Part shown: positions 10,312 to 20,747 of the stretch, one piece after another
Position numbering within the stretch: the first letter of the stretch is position 1
Layout: every line of letters starts with the position of its first letter
Origin: an uncultured Acidobacteriota bacterium
Lineage (GTDB): Bacteria > Acidobacteriota > UBA6911
Direction of reading: 5' to 3'
DNA: 64,000 bases
Assembly (NCBI GenBank): GCA_963809485.1
Contig: CAWEJX010000007.1
Coordinates: 608,001 to 672,000 of the forward strand
Position numbers and translations under genes: made by a program
Notes under the pieces: model-generated
The model's input: the letters and a program-made list of their open reading frames with translations, nothing else
What the model was told of the DNA's origin: nothing
The model's database searches: none

Positions 10312-11043
10312 ATGGAAAAATCTTTATCCAAACCGAATACCGGACGGCGCTCCTTTCTGTGGAAAGCGGGCGCAGCGATGACGGCGGCAGCCGCGGCCGT
10401 GGTTCCCGGCGTGGCAAAAAGCAGTGCCGGCAACGACACTGAGGCGGAGGCGCTGGCTCGCAAGTTGGGAATGCTTGAAGACGAAAAGGTCATCCGGGCA
10501 CTGCATCAGACGTATGAAGCACTTCTCGACAGCGGCAACTATGAACGGGTAGCCGGTCTGTTCAGTGAGGATGCTGCCGTTGTATTCAACGGCGGAGTCT
10601 TCAAAGGCGTGAACAGCGTTGCCCGGCTGTATCGGGACCACTTCGGCGCGGGTATGAGCGGAAAAAAGCTCGGTCCGGTGCCGGGCGTCGAAGCTGCGTC
10701 GGAGACCGTTACCGTGGCTGAAAATCGCCAGTTCGCCAAAGCCCGGTTCCCCTATTCCATCCAGGTTGGCGCTCCCATACAGTCCGATTCATCACTGGTG
10801 CAAATGGCGCGCCTGCAGGGCGAAGGAATCATGAAATGGTGCGAATGCGGAACCTATGAAATATCCTATGCCAGGTGCGGGAAGGAGGGAAACTGGAAGA
10901 TAACAAAGCTCGAGTATCGGGTTTCGTCGAAGACCGACTACAGGCCCGGCAGAGCTTATGCCGACCCGATTACCGTTCCTCAATTCGAAAAAACCTATCC
11001 TGCAGAGGCCACGGGTCCGGACAGCCTGATTTCTCAGGGTTGA
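10312..11043 (+). CDS. Tat-signal SnoaL/NTF2-family protein
   Basis: GRRSFLW Tat motif, LEDEKVIRALHQTY..LD, LFSEDA, WKITKL. Confidence 0.8.
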   Translation: MEKSLSKPNTGRRSFLWKAGAAMTAAAAAVVPGVAKSSAGNDTEAEALARKLGMLEDEKVIRALHQTYEALLDSGNYERVAGLFSEDAAVVFNGGVFKGVNSVARLYRDHFGAGMSGKKLGPVPGVEAASETVTVAENRQFAKARFPYSIQVGAPIQSDSSLVQMARLQGEGIMKWCECGTYEISYARCGKEGNWKITKLEYRVSSKTDYRPGRAYADPITVPQFEKTYPAEATGPDSLISQG

Positions 11044-11057
11044 ACTCATTCCCATTC

Positions 11058-11109
11058 CTCCCCCGGATCACCAAGTTCCCGTATTCCGGGAGTTGGTGAT
11101 CCGGGGGAG
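11058..11109. terminator. Long intergenic hairpin
   Basis: ctccccc ggatcaccaa...ttggtgatcc gggggag inverted repeat. Confidence 0.5.
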
Positions 11110-11261
11110 ATATTCGAGATTGCGCAGGTTAAAGCATCGGCGGATATGCTGGCTAGTAAGCCGCCGATCGGCGTCTCTACGGATGCGAGTTCGACGCCTC
11201 GCAAACAAAAAGAGAATGCAATGTTGTGCTATGATGGGCCAAATTTCCTTGAGGTGACCAG

Positions 11262-12662
11262 ATGGCGGCACAGACGGCAGGCAAATCGATTTATGAGCCG
11301 GGACGTGAGATAAAGGTTTTGAAAGAGGCCGATGTAGTCGTGGTGGGCGGCGGACCGGGCGGGTTCGCTTCCGCGATATCCGCGGCCAGATCCGGCGCCA
11401 AAACGGTCCTGCTCGAGAGATATGGTCATCTCGGTGGAATGGCCAGCGGAGGGCTGGTCAACATCTTTCCGAATCTCAGCGACATCAGCGGGAAGCAACG
11501 CATCTTCGGGCTCAACCAGGAAATCATCGAACGGATGAAGGCCAGGAATGCCGCTTTCAGCCCAAACAGCGAAGACTGGGGAACCACTGACAGCAAGGTG
11601 ATCGAGTATTATCTGAACGCTAATATGGGATGGTTCTATGTGCGCAAGGATCCCAACATCGGAGGACGGGAGAGGCTGCTCTATAGCGCTGTCCTGGATC
11701 CTGAGGTGCTCAAAGCCGAGCTCAACGAGATGATGGCGGAAGCGGGGGTCCACCTGCTGCTCCATTCCTGGGGAACGCGCCCGATAATGGAGGGGAACAC
11801 GGTCAAAGGAGTTTTCTTCGAAAGCAAGTCGGGCCGGCAGGCGATACTCGCAAAAGTCGTCATCGATTCCACTGGGGACGGGGACATGTTTGTCGCGGCG
11901 GGGGCGGAGTTTGACGACGAACTCCCGAGCACCATCCGGACTGCTCTTGCTTTCCCGTTCTGGATCGCCAATGTCGATGCAAACAGGCTGCAGGATTTCC
12001 GTAAAACGCATCCGTCGAAATACGCCCAACTGATGCAGGATCTCAAGGAGAAGGGTGGCCATTCCTTCTTTTTCCATGGGCTTCTGAAGAACCAGGAGGG
12101 AGTGCTCTGGTTCCACCCGATGTTTGTTCAGGAGACGGCTTCGGATGCCATGGATGTCGAGGAACTTACGCGCATCGACAGGATCGGCCGCAAAAAAGCG
12201 CTGATTACCTATGAGTTCCTGCGAAAAAGCGTTCCCGGCTGTGAGAAGTGTTTCATCATGCAGGCGGCGCCTCAACTGGGAACCCAGGGCGGCCGGCGCG
12301 TTATCGGAGAGTATATTCTCAGCCCCAGGGACATGGAATCGGACGAAATATTCGAAGATACGATCGTGGTTTTGGCCAATAACGACAACGGTGAGATATC
12401 CGCAAAACATCCTTCCATCTGCATTCCATACCGATGCCTGGTGCCGGTCAAGGTTGACGGGCTTCTGGTTGCATGCCGTGCATTCTCGTCGAAAGCCAGC
12501 GTCAACCAGTGGTTCAATATCATCCCGCCCTGCATTTGCTATGGACAGGCCGCCGGAACGGCTGCGGCGCTCGCGGTTCAGGCGGGGATTCAGCCGCGCA
12601 GGGTCGATTACAAAGAGCTGCAGGCAAACCTGAGGAAGCAGGGGGTCCATCTGCCGAACTGA
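11262..12662 (+). CDS. FAD-dependent oxidoreductase (FAD_oxidored family)
   Basis: DVVVVGGGPGG, LGGMASGG, IDSTGDGD, IPYRCLVP, GQAAGTAAA. Confidence 0.92.
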   Translation: MAAQTAGKSIYEPGREIKVLKEADVVVVGGGPGGFASAISAARSGAKTVLLERYGHLGGMASGGLVNIFPNLSDISGKQRIFGLNQEIIERMKARNAAFSPNSEDWGTTDSKVIEYYLNANMGWFYVRKDPNIGGRERLLYSAVLDPEVLKAELNEMMAEAGVHLLLHSWGTRPIMEGNTVKGVFFESKSGRQAILAKVVIDSTGDGDMFVAAGAEFDDELPSTIRTALAFPFWIANVDANRLQDFRKTHPSKYAQLMQDLKEKGGHSFFFHGLLKNQEGVLWFHPMFVQETASDAMDVEELTRIDRIGRKKALITYEFLRKSVPGCEKCFIMQAAPQLGTQGGRRVIGEYILSPRDMESDEIFEDTIVVLANNDNGEISAKHPSICIPYRCLVPVKVDGLLVACRAFSSKASVNQWFNIIPPCICYGQAAGTAAALAVQAGIQPRRVDYKELQANLRKQGVHLPN

Positions 12663-12721
12663 AAAAAAGCCGACCACGTCTACGTCAACGAAAAACCGTG
12701 GATCAAGCTGGTCTCTGGGTG

Positions 12722-13010
12722 CTATGGGAGAGATCTCAGGATTCCCGTAACCGCCGAAATCGGTACATCTGTTTCCTGTCCCCATTGAGTTGCCGTGAAG
12801 GTTCCGGGCGAATTACTCGGCAAGATGTACCAGACTCCGGTGCCCGGTCTCCAAACAGCGATATCCAGCTTCCCATCACCATCGAAATCACCTGGAGTAG
12901 GGATATCCCCCGAGTTCCCCCAATAGGCGCCCTGATACGTTCCCGGGGCGCTCGTCGGCAGGATGTACCACATCCCGGTCGACGGGCACAGGGATGTCGG
13001 AAGGCAGACC
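12722..13010 (-). pseudogene. FG-GAP/VCBS repeat protein, C-terminal fragment
   Basis: DIPTPGDFDGDGKLDIAVWRPGTGVWYIL repeats; no N-terminus. Confidence 0.75.
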
Positions 13011-13210
13011 CCTAATCTGCAGGGAGATCCCCCGGGTGCTTCCGTCGTTGAGTGTTGTTGGGATTAACCTAAAGCTTTTTAGCACAGAATATTATAGCCG
13101 GTTTTGAGCCCACCGATTCTGACCTCGCGTTAAAACGAACATAAGTGCTTTGCTCAGAATTGGATAAAGACAAACCGCCAACAGCAGATTGCGGAAGCAC
13201 CCCTATATCG

Positions 13211-15389
13211 CTATCGATCCTCCTCCGGCAGATTCATCAGCTTAGCCAACTCTGACCATCGATGGCTGGACCGAAGGGACATTAACGCCATCTGACCGGC
13301 GCTTGGATGGCGTCGCTCAATTAGTGTCTCAAAGCAATCCGCGACTTTGTCAATTTCTCCGCAAAGGTAGTAATAGCCGGCCAGTCCATTGGGAGAGTCA
13401 TATCCAGCGCCAGGCATGAGTTCATGAATCAGAGCTTCAGCCCTAGCTGTTTCTCCCATACATTTGAGAATGCCTGCCTTCCATCCAATTATCCAAGGGA
13501 AAACAGGTGATGCTTTTTCGACAACAGAGTATGCCTCCTTCCACCTCTTTTGGCGTGCATATGACCCAGCCAGAAGCCAGGACGCCCATGGATGACCTTC
13601 CTGTAATTCCAAAATCTTCTCCGCTTCCAGCTGTGTATCCTCTACCCTCCCAGAGCAATAAAGAGACATGGCTAGTGTTACGCGGGTCAAAACATTCAAC
13701 GGATCTTCTTTGAGTCCCATCTTTTGTTGTTCAATTGCCTCCTCTATCCGGCCTGTAAGCAACAAATAAAAGAAGCCATACCAGGCGCGCACTCGAGGTG
13801 GCACAGGATCCTGAGCCATTGCCAGACGAAATCGCCGGCCCGCCTCTTTCCAGTCGTAGTCATAGGCAGCAGCAACAATGCCCAATATGGCCTGCGCCTC
13901 AGATAACGAGGGATCCGTTTCCAGGGCTTTCCGGGCTTCTTCGCGCACGATTGGCATTGCCTCACGCGCCGGAACGTACTGCGCTTCTATTATTTCCAAA
14001 AAGTGATCCGCGAGTCCGCAATGTGCCAGTGCATAGTTCGGATCCAGTGAAATCGCCTGCTCCAGATATTTTTTTGCTTGCGCCACAGCCTCCGGGTTGA
14101 GGTTCCCCCAGAGATATCGAGCCTTAAGGTAGGCTTCGTGAGCTGCAGCATTAGGTTTATAGTGCCGTCTCATCAAGGTCGCTGAGAGCTTTACTTCAAG
14201 AGCGCCCGCAATTGCTGCTGCAATTTCATCCTGAATCGCAAATACGTCTGTCAAGTCGCGGTCATAGCGCTCCGACCATAGATGGCTTCCATCGGCGGCG
14301 GTGATCAATTGTGCTGTGACGCGGATCCGATTCCCGGCTTTTCGCACGCTCCCTTCGAGGATGTTGCGTCACGCTGAGCGCCTCGGCGATCTTGCGGATG
14401 TCTTGCTCTTTGCCGCGAAAGGCAAACGCCGAGGTCCGCGCGATCACCTTCAGAGCCGGGAATCTGCGCCAGAGCATTGATGATCTCTTCCGCCAGCCCA
14501 TCGCTGAAGTATTCCTGCTCCTTGTCGCCGCTCATGTTGACGAACGGAAGCACGGCAATCGAGGGCTGCGGTTCGGCGGCGCTGACGTGTCGCCTTCTCC
14601 GCCGAAGACCTGTTCCAATGCCGTCTTGACCTCCGACATCGTCTGATAGCGCCCCGAGGGCTGCTTCGCCAGGCACCGCCGCACGATCTTTTCCAGCGAG
14701 GGAGATGCCTGCAGTGGAGGAGGCTCATCCTTCAACAATGCCGCCATGATTGCAGGAGTGCTGTCGCCGGAGAACGCTCTCCTCCCGCTCAGCATTTCGT
14801 ACAGCACCAGCCCGAAAGAGAAGATGTCCGAGCGCGCATCCGCCGGCTGGCCTTGCGCCTGCTCGGGCGACATGTAGGCGACGGTTCCGAGAACAGCTCC
14901 CGCCTGCGTTGCCGGGAAATCCGCCGTCGGCGATGTGGAACTTGATGCATCCTGCTCGTAGAGCTTCGCCAGGCCGAAGTCGAGCAGCTTCACCGAACCC
15001 TCGTCGGTGACCATGATGTTTGCCGGCTTCAGATCGCGGTGGATGATGCCTTTCTTGTGCGCCGCTTCGAGCGCGGTGGCGATTTGAATTGCCAGGCGCA
15101 CGGCTTCCTTTTCAGGCAGAGGGCTTGAGAGAGGTTTGCCCTCGACATATTCCAGGACGAGGTAATCCGGACCTATGTCGTACAGCTGGCAAATATACGG
15201 ATGGTTCAGCGCCGCAATGGATCTCGCTTCCTGCTTGAATCTCTCGCTGTGCTGCTCCTTGACCTTCTTGATCGCCACGATGCGGCCCAGGCGCGTGTCC
15301 CGCGCCTTCCACACTTCTCCCATCCCTCCCGCGCCGATGGGCGCGAGGATTTCGTAAGGGCCGAGTTTGGTGCCGGGTGCGAGTGTCAT
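13211..15389 (-). pseudogene. Ser/Thr kinase with TolB-N/TPR domains, frameshifted
   Basis: Kinase domain ([14 protein letters not shown]); [23 protein letters not shown] and TPR segments fall in different frames between about 14350 and 14620. Confidence 0.85.
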
Positions 15390-17968
15390 TTCTTCAGCAG
15401 GGAGGTCCAGTTAGAGATGACGTTGAGTTGAGAAGGGGAATCATAGAACTGCTGCAGCACAAAACGCTGACCGTCGGCGCTCACATCGTAGAGCGTACAT
15501 TCTCGAACGGAATTGAAGATCTTCGCATCGAACAAGGCAACGGGAGTCCCGAACGAGCACTCTTCCCCCAGTTTGGAAGGAACTGCCATCATTTTTCCGT
15601 CGGCCCCAACATAGAACAACTCTTGTCCGTTGCGCCGCCACCTGGGATCCGAGCCTCCGCTCATGCTGACTTTCCGCCGCCCGCTGCGAGAAGGAAATGC
15701 CTGTACGTAGATCTCCGGCTGCCCGGATTCGTCCGAGCTATAGGCAATCCAACGCCCATCGGGCGAAACCTTCCCCTGTGCCTCGCTGAACTCCGAGTCG
15801 GCGACCGGAAACGGCTTGCGGTCTCCAAAAAGGGGCAGCGCCCAGAGGTCCATGTTCGTACGCGAATCATCGTGCCTGTATATAATGAAGCGGCCGTCCG
15901 CTGACCAGTCCGTGGGCCTGGCTTGCATATCAAGCAACTTCTCCTCGCGTCTGCCGTCCATGGAAATCTGAAACAGCCCCGAACGTGAGAACGCGATTCG
16001 CTTGCCGTCCGGTGACCAGACTGGATGTTGATCCCATTCGGGATGGCGCGTCAGCGGTTCGTCAATTCCCCGGGATGTATCAATCAACCAGATATCTGTG
16101 CTGGCAAATTCCTCTTGATAGTATGTAGCTGCAATCAGGCTGCCATCCGGCGAAACCGCTGGCTGACTAGATGCGGCATACGCAGCGCTGATCTGCCTTC
16201 CATCGCGACCCACCCAGATCAGGGGGGTACTAGAAAATCCGATGCCGCTGCGATACACGAGAAGATTCGTTCTCGAAACTGCGAAAGCAGCAATTCCTGA
16301 GCGAATACTATAAACCCCTTGGCGTACGATGGTAACCGGATCGCCTTCGGCCTTCAACCGGTCCGGATTGAAGTGCTGGACGAGCAGGTCTCCAGCGCGT
16401 GAAAACACCAACCATCCAGGGTCTGCGAATACTGCGTTCAGGAGCCCTCCGACCACCCGAATCCGTACGTCCGAATCAAGCGCCCCAATGTAGACACCGG
16501 TATTTTCGGGACGCGTGCTGTTGGTGGTAAACAGAAAATGTTTTCCGTCGGGCAGGAAAGAGGGGAGTACATGAGATGTTTCCTGTCTATTTTTGTCGAT
16601 CGCAGTGACGGCAACGGGTCTCCCGCCGGAGGCTGGGATTCGATGCAACGGGCCGCTAGCGTATGCAAAAAGAAGAACGTCGTCTGAATTCCAGGTGCCA
16701 CCCCGGAAGAGCAGAGTGCCCGGAAGATCACACAAGGTTTCGGGATATCCTCCGGAAACGCTTACCTTCTTTACTTTGCCTCCCGCGCCAAATCCGATGA
16801 ATTGGCTGTCGGGCGACCAGAATGGATATAAAGCGTCCTCCGTGCCCTGAAGCGGACGGCTCTCCAAACCATCGAGCGGTCTCACAAATAGGAGGTACTT
16901 CCCTTCGCTTTTGCCAACAAACGCTATATAGCGCCCATCGGGTGAGACACAGGGCAAGGCTTGGGGCGTCATCTCCGGAGTATCCACCCGGAACCACATT
17001 CTCCGGTCATCCTCGGCGGCGGGGCGGCTGCGAACAAGCAGAGTTACCGCTGTGGCCAATGCGATAACCAGCAGCGCGGCAATCGCGGCCCAAGTTCGAA
17101 GGAATCGTGGCTTCCGCGCGGGCACAGATTCCGGCGGGCTCTCGACCCAAACCATCGCTTCCCCTATGTCCCTTAGCCGCTTCTTTGGATCTTTCTCCAG
17201 GCAACGGTGAAGCAGGGGACGCACTTTCGCCGGAACCGTAGCCAATTCCAGCTCTTTTGTCAGCACCGCCGCCAGCGTTTCCGTGACCGTCTCGCCCTCA
17301 AAGGCTCTCTTTCCGGTCAGGCATTCGTAAAGGATGCAACCGAACGCCCAGATGTCGGCGCGCTTGTCGACGGTTTTGCCTTTAGCTTGCTCCGGGCTCA
17401 TGTAAGCGGCGGTGCCGAGGATGACGCCCGGACGCGTCATTGCCTCGGTGAGCGTTGGCGATTGCGAGGAATCGATGCTCTGCCTTTCGTCCGAGAGCGC
17501 TTTCGCCAGGCCGAAGTCCAGGATCTTGACCTTGTCTCCTTCGGAGATCATCGCATTGGCGGGCTTCAGGTCCCGATGGATTACGCCCTTTTCATGCGCG
17601 GCTTCCAGCCCTTCAGCTATCTGGCGGCATATTCCCAGCGCATCTTCAACGGGCAATGGTCCTTTGCTCAGCGTCTGCGCCAGCGTTTCGCCTTCGACAA
17701 GCTCCATCACGATGAAGCGTTTTCCTTCTGCCTGTTCGAGCCCGTAGATCGCAGCGATGTTGGGGTGATTGAGCGACGCCAGGAGCTTGGCCTCGCGCTC
17801 GAAGCGGGCCATTCGCTCGGGATCATCGGCGAACGCATCGGGCAGGAACTTCAGCGCGACCTTGCGGTCAAGAGACAAATCATCGGCCACGTAGACCTCC
17901 CCCATACCGCCCTTGCCGAGCTGGCTGGTAATCTCATAATGTGCGAGTGTTTTCCCGATCATGGACAT
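15386..17968 (-). CDS. Ser/Thr kinase with TolB-like (PD40) beta-propeller
   Basis: [25 protein letters not shown] helix, repeated SPDG motifs; ATGA overlap with next kinase gene. Confidence 0.95.
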   Translation of the reverse strand: MSMIGKTLAHYEITSQLGKGGMGEVYVADDLSLDRKVALKFLPDAFADDPERMARFEREAKLLASLNHPNIAAIYGLEQAEGKRFIVMELVEGETLAQTLSKGPLPVEDALGICRQIAEGLEAAHEKGVIHRDLKPANAMISEGDKVKILDFGLAKALSDERQSIDSSQSPTLTEAMTRPGVILGTAAYMSPEQAKGKTVDKRADIWAFGCILYECLTGKRAFEGETVTETLAAVLTKELELATVPAKVRPLLHRCLEKDPKKRLRDIGEAMVWVESPPESVPARKPRFLRTWAAIAALLVIALATAVTLLVRSRPAAEDDRRMWFRVDTPEMTPQALPCVSPDGRYIAFVGKSEGKYLLFVRPLDGLESRPLQGTEDALYPFWSPDSQFIGFGAGGKVKKVSVSGGYPETLCDLPGTLLFRGGTWNSDDVLLFAYASGPLHRIPASGGRPVAVTAIDKNRQETSHVLPSFLPDGKHFLFTTNSTRPENTGVYIGALDSDVRIRVVGGLLNAVFADPGWLVFSRAGDLLVQHFNPDRLKAEGDPVTIVRQGVYSIRSGIAAFAVSRTNLLVYRSGIGFSSTPLIWVGRDGRQISAAYAASSQPAVSPDGSLIAATYYQEEFASTDIWLIDTSRGIDEPLTRHPEWDQHPVWSPDGKRIAFSRSGLFQISMDGRREEKLLDMQARPTDWSADGRFIIYRHDDSRTNMDLWALPLFGDRKPFPVADSEFSEAQGKVSPDGRWIAYSSDESGQPEIYVQAFPSRSGRRKVSMSGGSDPRWRRNGQELFYVGADGKMMAVPSKLGEECSFGTPVALFDAKIFNSVRECTLYDVSADGQRFVLQQFYDSPSQLNVISNWTSLLKK

Positions 17969-18153
17969 GAAGTCCCTCCGGGCAAAGATTGACCTGATAT
18001 GCTGACTGGTGATTCGTTGGGCTGATTATAAGCTGCTAATGCGGATGTCGATAGGGAAATCCTAGACAACAAAAAGGCCGCCCCGGAGAGCGGCCCTTTC
18101 CTGATCGAGCCTGCAACTTTGTCGGGGGTTCTGACTCTCAAGTCTGTTGTTGA

Positions 18154-18450
18154 TTATTCCGGCAGGGCCTTAGTGGCCTTGTTGACCTCATCAATCGTCA
18201 TTATCTCTTTGGTTGTGAATTTGACAAAAGGAACCCATCCTGCGGTAATGGCGTGGAGACCCACGGCCTTTCCTTCAGTAATTATATATCCGGTCATCTC
18301 CCCGGCGAATGCGCCCCATTCCTTGACGATGCCCTCCTTGAGCTGTTTCTTGACCAATTCCTGAAAGCCCAAGAGTAGGGCTTTCTTCGTCTTGGGATCC
18401 TCCGGGATTCTGCTTGCATCAACTTCCCAAAGCACCATATATCTGGCCAT
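18154..18450 (-). CDS. Small ferredoxin-like-fold hypothetical protein (DUF3303-like)
   Basis: AAGGAG SD; MARYMVLWE...KEWGAFAGEMTGYII; downstream hairpin at about 18071-18099. Confidence 0.6.
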   Translation of the reverse strand: MARYMVLWEVDASRIPEDPKTKKALLLGFQELVKKQLKEGIVKEWGAFAGEMTGYIITEGKAVGLHAITAGWVPFVKFTTKEIMTIDEVNKATKALPE

Positions 18451-18499
18451 TGTCTTACTCTCCTTCACTGCAAATGATTGGTTTGTTTTTACAGCCAAC

Positions 18500-18892
18500 T
18501 CATGCTTCCTGTTTAGGCCACTTCCATGCGTACCAGACGATCAGGAGGATCACAACAAATGCGAACACGATGTCGATCAGACGGATTGTTGGTAGTCCTG
18601 CAGCGGCATATCCGATAAATTGGACGATAAAATAAACGGCAAAGAGTATGCCCAAGACCAGATTTGTCCAGCGATTTGCCGGATCCTTCAGGGTCAGGGA
18701 CAACCAAGCCATGATGAAGGGAATGAAGAAGAGGACTGCGATAATCGGCCTCGTTCCCGTATCGGCCTGTGTTTCCAATAGTTCCTTAATTGTTCCCGGG
18801 CTAAGTAGGCCTAAGAAAATATAGGCCGAAAAATTCACTGTCAAAATCAACCACAACACCGCAATTCTTGTCTTCCATCTCAGTAATTCCAT
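18500..18892 (-). CDS. Four-TM membrane protein (DUF6326-like)
   Basis: AAGGAGG SD; hydrophobic helices; IPFIMAWLSLTLK..ANRWTN. Confidence 0.65.
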   Translation of the reverse strand: MELLRWKTRIAVLWLILTVNFSAYIFLGLLSPGTIKELLETQADTGTRPIIAVLFFIPFIMAWLSLTLKDPANRWTNLVLGILFAVYFIVQFIGYAAAGLPTIRLIDIVFAFVVILLIVWYAWKWPKQEA

Positions 18893-19276
18893 AATCAGCC
18901 TCCTTGTTATGGCTATTGTTCCCGGTTCGTTGCTTTCGTGAATTTTGCATTCGCACACTACCACTCGACCACAGAGATGCCTCCAGACGCTTTTGAGGAG
19001 CTGCTGCCTGTTATAGTGATTGTGTATTTGTTGCAATATTCCTATACCCATCTGCAGCCATAGTCAACAAAACTCTCCCAACCTATAGCCTCGCGGAAAG
19101 GCTAGCCAAATATTTGCACTGCATTTATAGGGAGATGTCTGCCACAGAGAGATGGGAGGGGAAGGATGGGACTATTGTGGAAGGGTAATCCTGTTATAAC
19201 AAAATTGCGCTGACAGCCTTTTTTGTCGCACTCTCGCTGAAAATGTACAGCCAATGCAGGTGATAATTGAGAAGAT

Positions 19277-19302
19277 GGAGGCTCCGTCTAATCGGAGCCT
19301 CC
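19277..19302 (-). terminator. Hairpin downstream of cold-shock gene
   Basis: ggaggctccg-tctaat-cggagcctcc. Confidence 0.6.
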
Positions 19303-19318
19303 CTGGATCCCTTGTCGC

Positions 19319-19522
19319 CTAAAGCTTTTTTACATTCTGAGCCTGCAACCCTTTTTCGCCTTTGGTCACATCAAATTCAACGCTATCGCCCTCATTGAGT
19401 GATTTGAAGCCCTCCCCCTGAATGGCGCTGTGATGGACAAAAACGTCATCCCCAGAATTGCGACTGATGAAACCATAGCCTTTATCGTTATTAAACCACT
19501 TCACTGTTCCTTGTTCTCTCAT
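19319..19522 (-). CDS. Cold-shock protein (CspA family)
   Basis: [24 protein letters not shown]. Confidence 0.97.
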   Translation of the reverse strand: MREQGTVKWFNNDKGYGFISRNSGDDVFVHHSAIQGEGFKSLNEGDSVEFDVTKGEKGLQAQNVKKL

Positions 19523-20159
19523 TTGTTTTCCTAAAGTAATTCCTCCCTGCGGAGAAGGAAGGATGTGTTGGGTGTGCCTCTCCTAATTTCAGTAGCCGCA
19601 GGCTTTGGGGGGCAAGAATAAAGCTGCATTCCCGTTCAGAAATTTGCAGCTTATTTAAACAACAAAACTCTCACAAAACCTGAAGAGCTAATATTATAAA
19701 CCGCCTTGGATTATTTAGTCACTTCGGTGGATAGGTTTGATCCCCTTGGTTTGTTTCTTGGATTGGGGCCGATTGGTACTTGGTGTGATTTTGGTACCTT
19801 CGCCTGCCCGGGAAATGAACAAACTCAGCCCTGTCCCATTGGAAGCCGGACAAGAATTCGTGGTATCGGATTTCATTGGCAACCCAATGCCAATAATTTG
19901 AGAATCCCGCATACCGCCAGTTGCCGCACGCGGAATACGGGCTAAAAAAATTGTGATTGTGCATATGTTGATTGGGACCCTGGAATCAGGCCCTACCCTG
20001 GCAAGAGCTCGGACCTCCGGGGGGGGTATTGACCGTGCCCGTGACTTTGCCTATGGCGGTCAAAAAATACCCTATTTCACCCCGCTCCACCCAACTTTGT
20101 GTATCGGGAATCTATTTGATAAATCAAGCATTTACAGCAACTTGGGGTAGTGCCGGATC

Positions 20160-20219
20160 GGACTTAAAATCCTGGGCCTGGCAGCGGGCGTGGGGGTTCG
20201 ATTCCCCCCCTCGGCACCA
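20160..20219 (+). repeat. attR: tRNA-Leu 3' half ending in CCA
   Basis: ggacttaaaatcctgggcctggcagcgggcgtgggggttcgatt...ggcacca; no 5' half. Confidence 0.93.
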
Positions 20220-20747
20220 ACGAAACCCGCGTTGGACAAGCGTTTGCAGGCACTCGACCTCTTCTGCCATATCCTAGAAATACCCTCAAAATGCCCTAGT
20301 TGTGTCCGAAGCTGTGCCCGCGAGAATCTCGGCGTAACCAACTGCAACCAACTGAAGCCAAAATAGAGATAGATTTCATGTAACATATCATCACCGGCAT
20401 CCGTCGTTAAGCTCTTCAAACCAGTTCAAGACGATGTTGAATTTCCGTAATTGCAGATCTTGGCAGGTGCGGATAGTTGACATATCATTCCCTATTAGAA
20501 GCAGGAGAAGGAATCGTATCGGAGAACTAGTCGAAGCTGCGGCTTATACTTCTATGCACTGTACGCGGGCGCAAACGTGGGAACTAATCGATTGTTCGGC
20601 CGCGACCCATTTGCCCGCTCGATGCCCCGCCAGGCCGTGTCTGTCGCTGCACGGGGAATGCGGAAGAACCGATTTGAGTCCAACAAACTCGACGCAGTCT
20701 GCGATCTAAGTGCTGGAAACGGGCTCCGAACGTCGCAGGACGTAACC

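Larger units (their letters stand above)
1598..20219. mobile_element. Decayed genomic island or prophage remnant integrated in tRNA-Leu
   Basis: 57-bp direct repeat of the tRNA 3' half (1598-1654 vs 20160-20216, 3 mismatches); phage replication genes next to attL; many gene fragments; no integrase seen inside. Confidence 0.8.

Noticed and set aside
11229-12785. 518-aa antisense ORF and similar long shadow ORFs (72-1325, 329-1378)
   Set aside because: They overlap well-supported genes and show no motifs; expected in GC-rich DNA
14340-14620. Programmed frameshifting in the kinase-TPR gene
   Set aside because: At least three indels within about 280 bp and no slippery site; decay or sequencing error is more likely
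20160-20219. Second functional tRNA
   Set aside because: No D arm or 5' acceptor strand; it is an att remnant
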